DNA of 64,000 nucleotides from Thermoanaerobaculia bacterium (GTDB lineage: Bacteria; Acidobacteriota; Thermoanaerobaculia; Multivoradales; UBA5704), in the NCBI GenBank assembly GCA_036275055.1, contig DASUEN010000171.1, forward strand, positions 42,307 through 106,306, in the 5' to 3' direction. The notes beneath the pieces are model-generated. The model had not been told where the DNA came from, did no database searches, and worked only from the letters and a program-made list of their open reading frames with translations. Both the position numbers and the translations under genes were made by a program. Below are positions 58,119 to 64,000 of this stretch, one piece after another. Position 1 is the first letter of the stretch; each line of letters starts with the position of its first letter.

Positions 58119-58742
58119 ATGCCCCGAGCCAAGACTGCCAACCCCTACAGCGTTCACCCAGGAGTGCTGTCGACCCAGACCTGGATTCAGACCCTGCCTG
58201 AGAAGACCGGCCGCTCGCTGGAGGAGTGGATCCAACTCGTCCAGAAGGAAGGGCCGCCCACGGAAATCAAGCGGCGGGACTGGCTCAAGACTGAGCACAA
58301 ACTGGGTACCAATTCCGCTTGGTGGATCGCCGAGCGCTCCTTTGGCAAGGGGGACGAGGCCGGTGACCCGGAGTCCTACCTGAAGGCCGCTCTGGGCTAC
58401 GTCGAGGACATGCTCGCCGGCCCCAAGGCCGCCCTGCGGCCGATTTACGATGCTCTCCTCGACCTCGGCCTCTCGATCGGCCCGGACGTCAAGGCCTGCC
58501 CCTGCCAGACCATCGTACCCCTCTACCGCAACCACGTTTTCGCGCAGATCAAGCCGACGACGAAGACCCGTATCGACTTCGGCCTGGCCCTGAAGGACAC
58601 CCCCGTCACCGGCCGTCTTATCGACACCGGCGGCTTTGCCAAGAAGGACCGAATTACTCATCGCTTCGCAATTACCAGCCTGGCGGAGATCGACGACGAG
58701 GTGCGGCGGTGGCTGAAGAGGGCGTACGAAATGGACGCCTAG
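58119..58742 (+). CDS. DUF4287 plus DUF5655 two-domain protein
   Basis: 207 aa: ...TWIQTLPEKTGRSLEEWIQLVQKEGP...WLKTEHKLGTNSAWWIAE... (DUF4287-like), then a C-terminal half CQTIVPLYRNHVFAQIKP. Confidence 0.75.
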   Translation: MPRAKTANPYSVHPGVLSTQTWIQTLPEKTGRSLEEWIQLVQKEGPPTEIKRRDWLKTEHKLGTNSAWWIAERSFGKGDEAGDPESYLKAALGYVEDMLAGPKAALRPIYDALLDLGLSIGPDVKACPCQTIVPLYRNHVFAQIKPTTKTRIDFGLALKDTPVTGRLIDTGGFAKKDRITHRFAITSLAEIDDEVRRWLKRAYEMDA

Positions 58743-58756
58743 GTGCGGCGGTGGCA

Positions 58757-60048
58757 ATGCTCATCTTGCTCAAGATTGTCGCCGCCTCGCTAGGAATGGC
58801 CGCGTTGCTGTCAAATGCAGCCAGTGCCCAAGGTCAGGGAGCTAGCGGCTCCACGAACGAATCGGTCTACCAGACCCTCGCGGAGCATGGCGTCACCGCC
58901 TCGCTCGTCTACGATGGCGAAGGATTCGCGGACCTGTCAGGTGGTGCGCGACGGGGCGCGACGTACCTCGGCAACCTGAACCTTCTGCTCACGCTTGATG
59001 GAACGCCTCGCCAGTTGGCGCGGTGCCACGGTTTTCATCGATGGCCTCGATATCCATGGGGGCCGGCCGAGCCGGTTTGCCGGGGACGCCCAGGGCGTGA
59101 GCAACATCGAAGCTGCGCCGGAATGGAAGCTCGAAGAGGCGTGGATTGAGCAGAACCTTTTCGGTAACAGGTTTTCGGCCCTGGTCGGGCTTTACGATTT
59201 GAACAGCGAGTTCTACCACCTCCACGCCGCGGACCTCTTCCTCAATTCGTCGTTCGGCATCGGCCCGGAGATCTCGCAGAGCGGTAAGGGCGGCCCGTCC
59301 GTCTTCCCGAATACGTCGGTCGGTGCCCGCTTCGAGGTCAAGCCCATGGAAGGTGTTGTGCTTCGTGGCGCCGTGCTCGACGGCGTTCCTGTGGAGCGTC
59401 CGAGTGGGAGGGAAGTTTTCGCGAAGGCCGACGGCCTGCTTATCGTCAGCGAGGCGGCTTTCCTCTATCGCCCGGCCCCGCCGGACGCGTCGCCGCGGAT
59501 GCCACACCGGTTTCTCCTGGGCCGAGAAGCGCAATTGCCTCCTTATGACGACAAACTGGCGGTCGGCGTGTGGCACTACACGTCGAGCTTCGACGACCTC
59601 GTTCGAACGCGAGAGGACGGCACGCCGCTGACCCACCAGGGAAGCTCGGGCGCGTACGTGATTCGGTGATGCGATCGTGTACAAGGAAGAGTCTGGGCGC
59701 CAGATGCGAGTGTTCGGCCAGGCCGGCCTCGGCGATTCTCGCGTGAATCGTTTCGGCCTGTATACAGGTTGCGGGGTCGACCTTGCCGGCTGGGTCCCGG
59801 GCCGCCAGCAGGATGAAATCGGATTCGCCGTGGCGGCGGCCCGCAACGGCAGCCCGTTCATCGACCAACAGCGGCAAGCGGGGCAACGCGCCGGCAGGTC
59901 CGAAGTGACTCTCGAGCTGGCGTACCGTTCCAGCGTTACTTCCTGGCTCAACGTTCAACCCGATTTGCAGTACGTCTTCAATCCGAACACCGATCCGCGA
60001 GTGGCGAATGCCTTGGTCTGTATGATCCGTATCGAAGTTTCGTTCTGA
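58757..60048 (+). pseudogene. OprB-family carbohydrate-selective porin disrupted by two +1-type frameshifts (or sequencing errors)
   Basis: Three consecutive frames carry one continuous porin. Frame 1 holds the signal peptide to ...NLNLLLTLD (to ~58996). Frame 2 holds ERLASWRGATVFIDGLDIHGG...SSGAYVI (to ~59663). Frame 3 holds (GDAI)VYKEESG...NVQPDLQYVFNPN...IRIEVSF*. C59664 is a candidate inserted base. Confidence 0.6.
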
Positions 60049-60082
60049 GCGCGTTTCCGAGAACCTGACACGCGGGCAGTGC

Positions 60083-60111
60083 TTGACATCGACGGGTCGC
60101 CGTTCTACAGT
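60083..60111 (+). promoter_or_regulatory. Sigma-70-type promoter for the Cys-rich peptide gene
   Basis: TTGACA (60083-60088), N17, TACAGT (60106-60111). A GGAGG RBS at about 60138 precedes ATG 60150. Confidence 0.45.
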
Positions 60112-60149
60112 TACAAAACAACTGTTGTTTCCCCTTCGGAGGGAACGAT

Positions 60150-60371
60150 ATGAAGAAGAAGTCGCCTTCCAAGCTCCACCTCAACCGTGAAACGCTGCGA
60201 TCCCTGACGGAGTCGGCTCTCGCCCAGATCCCGGGTGCCACCTGCAGCGCCTGCAGGACCAACGAGACCAATTGCAGTCAGACGGACCCCTGCAGCAGTC
60301 CCTGCACTGTAGAGTGCTCGAGGTACTGCCCCAGCCCCGTTCTCACAGCGGAACCTGCCGGGGGATTGTGA
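60150..60371 (+). CDS. Stand-alone precursor-like peptide (73 aa): Lys-rich leader of the KLxLNRETLRxL type plus a Cys/Ser/Thr-rich C-terminal region
   Basis: MKKKSPSKLHLNRETLRSLTESALAQIPGA|TCSACRTNETNCSQTDPCSSPCTVECSRYCPSPVLTAEPAGGL. A GC hairpin GGCCCCGAG/CTCGGGGCC (60372-60391) starts directly after the stop. Confidence 0.55.
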   Translation: MKKKSPSKLHLNRETLRSLTESALAQIPGATCSACRTNETNCSQTDPCSSPCTVECSRYCPSPVLTAEPAGGL

Positions 60372-60453
60372 GGCCCCGAGCCCTCGGGGCCCTCGCCACT
60401 CACTAGTCGCTCTCTGCTCGCCGGGGTGGGCCGGGTTCCCCCCAGTCTACTTC

Positions 60454-60483
60454 TTGACCGGAACATACCGAAAACGGTATAAT
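60454..60483 (+). promoter_or_regulatory. Sigma-70 promoter with palindromic operator for the toxin-antitoxin pair; leaderless start
   Basis: TTGACC (60454-60459), N18, TATAAT (60478-60483). The palindrome ATACCGAAAACGGTAT (60465-60480) overlaps the spacer and -10. ATG 60489 is only 5 nt after the -10. Confidence 0.5.
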
Positions 60484-60488
60484 GCGTC

Positions 60489-60872
60489 ATGGCTCGGTTC
60501 CCGACGACCACGGAAAAGCCCCTCCATTGGGTCGGCGCGTCAAAGAAGGACTTGCTGACGTTTCCTGGCGATGTGGTGGACGACTTCGGATATGCCCTGA
60601 GCGTCGTCCAGCATGGCGGTACGCCACCTTCTGCCAAGATGTGGAAGGGTGAAGGCCCGGGAGTCTTCGAGCTGGTCGAAGAGTATCGTGGCGATGCGTT
60701 CAGGGCCGTCTACACGGTGCGCTTTGAGAAGGCGGTTTATGTCCTGCACTGCTTCCAGAAGAAATCGCCCTCAGGAATGCGCACGGCTAAACAGGATATC
60801 GACCTGATCCATGAGCGCCTGAGAACGGCACAAGCAGACTATGAGGTGCGCTATGCGAGAAAAGAAGACTGA
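60489..60872 (+). CDS. RelE/ParE-superfamily toxin of the phage Gp49-like (DUF891) type
   Basis: KPLHWVGASKKDLLTFPGDVVDDFGYAL...GVFELVEEYRGDAFRAVYTVRFEKAVYVLHCFQKKS is the family hallmark. Confidence 0.8.
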   Translation: MARFPTTTEKPLHWVGASKKDLLTFPGDVVDDFGYALSVVQHGGTPPSAKMWKGEGPGVFELVEEYRGDAFRAVYTVRFEKAVYVLHCFQKKSPSGMRTAKQDIDLIHERLRTAQADYEVRYARKED

Positions 60873-61188
60873 GACGGTGGATGCTGGGAGCGGTGACGTT
60901 CTGGTGGATCTTGGTTTCCCGGATGCTGACGAGAGGAAGCTGCGTGTACAGCTAGCGATGCAGCTCAACGAGCTGATCGCAGCCTGCCGTTTGACGCAGG
61001 CCCGCGCGGCAAAGCTTTTCGGCATTCCGCAGCCCCATGTCTCGGAGCTCAAGCACTACAAGCTTAACCGGTTCTCCTCCGAACGATTGCTGCATTTCGT
61101 CACTCTCCTCGATCGTGACATCGAAATCATCATCCGGCCGAAGGCCAAGGGGCACGCATCGGGAGTCGTATTTGTGTCGGTCGCCTGA
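60853..61188 (+). CDS. XRE-family HTH antitoxin partner
   Basis: VLVDLGFPDADERKLRVQLAMQLNELIAACRLTQARAAKLFGIPQPHVSELKHYKLNRFSSERLLHFVTLL. It overlaps the toxin 3' end. Confidence 0.8.
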   Translation: MREKKTETVDAGSGDVLVDLGFPDADERKLRVQLAMQLNELIAACRLTQARAAKLFGIPQPHVSELKHYKLNRFSSERLLHFVTLLDRDIEIIIRPKAKGHASGVVFVSVA

Positions 61189-61366
61189 GCTTTCTCCGCT
61201 CTCAAGCACCGTCCGCATTCATTCCGCCCGCGGCGCGGGGCCGGAGAGGAGGAGGCGTAGCCCTGCTATCATGTCGCGATGGTTCGGTCGTTCAAGGACC
61301 GCGGTGCTGGCAGGATGAAGCCGGCTTGGCCGCGACTACAATAAGTTCTTCTTGGAGGGACCAACC

Positions 61367-61765
61367 ATGCCCAGGGCCCAAGACTGCCAATCCCACAGCG
61401 CCCACCTGGGAGTGCTGTCGACCCAGAGCTGGATTCAGACGCTTCCTGAGAAGACCGGCCACTCGCTGGAGGAGTGGATCCAACTCGTCCAGAAGGAGGG
61501 CCGCCTACGGAGATCAAGTGGCGGGACTGGCTCAAGACTGAGCACAAGCTGGATACCAACTCCGGTTGGTGGATCGCCGAGCGCTCCTTTGGCAAGGTCG
61601 TGCCCCTCGGCCTAGAAGGACACCCCCGTCACCGGCCGCCTCATCGACACCGGCAGCTTTGCCAAGAAGGACCGCATCACGCATCGTTTCGCCATCACCA
61701 CGTTGGCGGAGATTGACGGCGAGGTGCGGCGGTGGCTGAATAGGGCGTACGAGATGGATGCATAG
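61367..61765 (+). pseudogene. Degraded duplicate of the DUF4287/DUF5655 gene (1-nt deletion plus ~230-nt internal deletion)
   Basis: Nucleotide-level similarity to 58119..58742 runs from the RBS region to the stop. GAAGGAAGGGCCGCCCACGG in the intact copy is GAAGGAGGGCCGCCTACGG here (one base shorter). The segment between TTTGGCAAGG and GAAGGACACCCCCGTCACC is missing. Confidence 0.75.
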
Positions 61766-61768
61766 GTT

Positions 61769-61879
61769 ATGAAGCAGACATCATCTCATACTGACTGGGA
61801 AAGTCTCGCATTGATGAAGGATGACGAGATCGATTATTCAGATATCCCGTCACTTGCGGGTGAATTCATCCAAGTATAG
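61769..61879 (+). pseudogene. Possible truncated BrnA/DUF4415-like antitoxin fragment (36 codons)
   Basis: MKQTSSHTDWESLALMKDDEIDYSDIPSLAGEFIQV* resembles the TDWERL...DEEIDYSDIPEL N-terminal motif of that family. It lies at the left edge of low-GC island 2. Confidence 0.3.
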
Positions 61880-62030
61880 GTGGCTGAATAGATAGAATCT
61901 CCTGAATATGTACACGTCAATGTGTGTATAGACTCTAGACACAGCGGCTAAGATGTGCTAAAAGTTGAGTAGCCTGAATCTTTGTTCCCAGTGAACGCCT
62001 ATTGCCATCTCCATTGGTTTAGGAGCAGTT

Positions 62031-63194
62031 ATGGACGCCGCGTTGAAGGCTGATAAACAAGAAGGTCTCGATGAGTTTTGGAAGAAGAATCTTGGGCTTC
62101 TGAGTTGGATGGTGCTGCTGTTCTTCGGAGGTAGCTTGCTCGGCATCTACTACGCAAGCATTGGCTATTTTCCTGAGATCGACTGGCAGGCCTCGTTGAG
62201 CTATCTTTTTGCCATGTCGGCGATTGGCTTGATCATGTTGGTCATCTATGGCCTCCTTCTGTTTGTGCCTGGATGGATCTGGTCCGAGGCGTTGGTTCAT
62301 CATTACCTGATGGAGGAAACGGTTTGTAGGGAAGACGAGAGTCCGAGAAAAGGCAAGGTTTTTGTTATCTTTGGATTCCCCTTTATTTTGACCGTAGTGG
62401 CGGCGCACTGGGCTCTCGCAACGCGGAGCTTTAGTGCTTGGTCGGTGACCATGAGCGCTGTAATCTTTTCGGCAGCCTGGGTATGCCGAGCTCTATGTGG
62501 TGCAACAGCTTCAAGAATTCCGCTTTCATCGAGCCAGAAAGGTCAAAAGACAACTCCGGCGGTCTCTGTCCAGGTTCGCAAGGTTAAGATAAATCAAAAC
62601 GAAATACCGCTTATGGATCTCATAGAACGCCTTGGATTTTTCGAGCTGTCTCTCCTGTCCAGCATCGCTTCCTTGGCCGCTATTCATTATTTGGCGGCTC
62701 AAGACCCCAGGAAAGATGCGTGGATGCTGGCGATCTGTAGCTTGGTAATGGTCGTGGCAAATTTTCTGGTGGCGATTTACTTCAGGGATAAGCGTCGAAC
62801 CGCAGTTGTCTGCGCAGTGGCCTCAGCCTTTCTTCTTCTTGTGTTGGGCAACATTCTTGTAACGAGGCGAGAGGCTCAGCTACCCTGCCAGATTCTGCGC
62901 CTCTTCGGTGTCGGATCTGGACAGTCCGTAACTCTGATTCTGACCAAGGAAGCCGCTGAAGTAGTTAAGTTGGAGGACATACCTTTTGAGCCCATCGATC
63001 ATAAAGATGGTGCGGTGAAGGTCGAGGCCGCTGAAATTCTATCCCGCCTGGGTTCAGAGTATTTTCTGCACGCTTACGGCAAGCGGTTCTCTCTTCCCAA
63101 GGCTATGGTCCTCTCTTGGTCTGTGGACGATACTCCCAAGGAGCAGCTATGCCCTCTTCCTTTCCTCGATGTCCAGATCTGCCCGCTGAAGTAG
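62031..63194 (+). CDS. Hypothetical polytopic membrane protein (about 8 TM segments plus a ~100-aa soluble C-terminus)
   Basis: 387 aa with an AGGAG RBS and AT-rich codon usage. No family recognised. Confidence 0.6.
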   Translation: MDAALKADKQEGLDEFWKKNLGLLSWMVLLFFGGSLLGIYYASIGYFPEIDWQASLSYLFAMSAIGLIMLVIYGLLLFVPGWIWSEALVHHYLMEETVCREDESPRKGKVFVIFGFPFILTVVAAHWALATRSFSAWSVTMSAVIFSAAWVCRALCGATASRIPLSSSQKGQKTTPAVSVQVRKVKINQNEIPLMDLIERLGFFELSLLSSIASLAAIHYLAAQDPRKDAWMLAICSLVMVVANFLVAIYFRDKRRTAVVCAVASAFLLLVLGNILVTRREAQLPCQILRLFGVGSGQSVTLILTKEAAEVVKLEDIPFEPIDHKDGAVKVEAAEILSRLGSEYFLHAYGKRFSLPKAMVLSWSVDDTPKEQLCPLPFLDVQICPLK

Positions 63195-63257
63195 AGTCCG
63201 AGCGTCAGGCGCTCGTCACAGAATAACTGCGTCAGTCCTTACTCAGCTCCTGAAGGC

Positions 63258-63491
63258 TTAGGGGGCTGAAGTGCGCGCCAAACCCCGAAACGCAAGGCTT
63301 GCCCGGATATCCGCCTCCTCGATTGAAGGGTACTGACGCAGGATCTCCTCCCGGCTCTCGCCAGCGCTCAGGAACTCCAGAATCGTCTGGACCGTGATCC
63401 GCTTGCCGCGGATGGTGGGCTTGCCGTTGCAGACGGTGGGATCGATCGTGATCCGGCTCTCCAGCGGGCTGTTCGACGCGGGGGTAGGCAT
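63258..63491 (-). CDS. DUF433 family protein (antitoxin-like), orphan
   Basis: ITIDPTVCNGKPTIRGKRITVQTILEFLSAGESREEILRQYPSIEEADIRASL is the DUF433 hallmark. No DUF5615/PIN-like partner lies downstream. Confidence 0.75.
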   Translation of the reverse strand: MPTPASNSPLESRITIDPTVCNGKPTIRGKRITVQTILEFLSAGESREEILRQYPSIEEADIRASLAFRGLARTSAP

Positions 63492-63517
63492 GACAAGGGG
63501 ATTATACTCCCCCAAGC

Positions 63518-64000
63518 ATGCCCCCCCTCACCCTCCAAGACCTCGGCTTCACCGACTTCTTCGCCGCCGCCTTCGAGCCCTATCGCGCTCAGGAGGGGCT
63601 CGTTCCCGCCCGCGTGGTCGCTCAGATGGGGCTGCTCAAGGTGTCGACGGGGGAGGCGGAGCACTTTGCGGACCTCTCCGGCAAGCTTCGCCATGAGCTC
63701 AAAGGGCCTGGCGGCGGCTCGGGCTATCCGGCGGTGGGGGACTGGGTGGCGCTGAGGCCTCCGGCGGGGGAGGGACGGGCCGTGATCCATGCGGTGCTTC
63801 CCCGCAGGTCCAAGTTCTCGCGCAAGACAGCCGGCCACAAGACCGAGGAACAGGTGGTGGCGGCCAACGTCGATACCATCTTCCTCGTCTCCGGTCTCGA
63901 CGGCGACTACAACCCCCGCCGCATCGAGCGCTATCTCACCGCGGCGTGGGACAGTGGCGCGCAGCCCGTGGTCGTCCTCAACAAGCTCGACCGTTGCGAC
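63518..64000 (+). CDS. rsgA: Ribosome small-subunit-dependent GTPase A (RsgA/YjeQ), N-terminal 161 codons; continues off the right edge
   Basis: Not in the ORF track because it has no stop. Translated by hand: MPPLTLQDLGFTDFFAAAFEP...GDWVALRPP...AVIHAVLPRRSKFSRK...ANVDTIFLVSGL...RIERYL...VVVLNKLD (OB fold, then the circularly permuted GTPase NKxD). Confidence 0.85.
   Translation, partial: MPPLTLQDLGFTDFFAAAFEPYRAQEGLVPARVVAQMGLLKVSTGEAEHFADLSGKLRHELKGPGGGSGYPAVGDWVALRPPAGEGRAVIHAVLPRRSKFSRKTAGHKTEEQVVAANVDTIFLVSGLDGDYNPRRIERYLTAAWDSGAQPVVVLNKLDRCD

Larger units (their letters stand above)
61766..63257. other. Low-GC island 2
   Basis: Sampled line 62041-62100 has 26/60 G+C. The island is bounded by the pseudogene/antitoxin fragment on the left and an orphan DUF433 gene on the right. 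Confidence 0.65.

Overview
High-GC bacterial chromosomal segment. Hand counts on sampled 60-nt lines give about 72% GC in the backbone and about 43% in two AT-richer islands. I support about 60 protein genes, one tRNA-Ala(CGC), no rRNA and no CRISPR array. Gene content (paired ECF sigma / Ser-Thr kinase genes, TPR-CHAT, a PEGA kinase, four-helix-bundle genes, many type II TA modules) resembles Acidobacteriota-like soil bacteria; this is inference only, since no search was possible. Many long ORFs in the track are Arg/Pro/Gly-rich shadow frames. I trimmed real genes to internal starts using RBS, signal peptides and family N-termini. 1-30 kb is mostly envelope and housekeeping: cold-shock gene stub, Ni/Co-type transporter, L,D-transpeptidase, a RAYT transposase bracketed by two copies of a ~210-bp palindromic element, FKBP, M23 peptidase, membrane PP2C phosphatase, phosphodiesterase, amidohydrolase, two VapC modules, a secreted GH13-CBM20 debranching enzyme, tRNA-Ala, YihY, a beta-CASP MBL nuclease, and a six-gene overlap-coupled operon (metallophosphoesterase, DUF2007, PEGA Ser/Thr kinase, M16, aminotransferase V, M16). 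30-64 kb is accessory and mosaic. Candidates for undescribed biology, best first: (1) 53.2-56.4 kb, a signal-less 426-aa protein whose C-terminus holds seven tandem single-Cys peptide units delimited by [F/Y]-N-P-x-x-E-A, tail-to-tail (2 nt apart) with a signal-less S8 subtilase; this looks like a multi-core, RiPP-like processing locus. (2) 31.3-33.4 kb, a low-GC island encoding a secreted peptide with two recoded C-x-RGSIDPWG-x-C loops, a soluble zinc-finger(ZAS)-TPR protein and a MerR-like HTH protein. (3) 33.8-38.6 kb, an ECF sigma / ZAS anti-sigma / lipoprotein TPR-CHAT protease / small protein operon with no CRISPR genes. (4) 60.1-60.4 kb, a stand-alone Cys/Ser/Thr-rich precursor-like peptide gene. 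(5) 30.28-30.44 kb, a 21-bp phased CCGCAATGT iteron-like array. All functional calls rest on motif recognition by eye. No homology search, RNA covariance model or structure prediction could be run.
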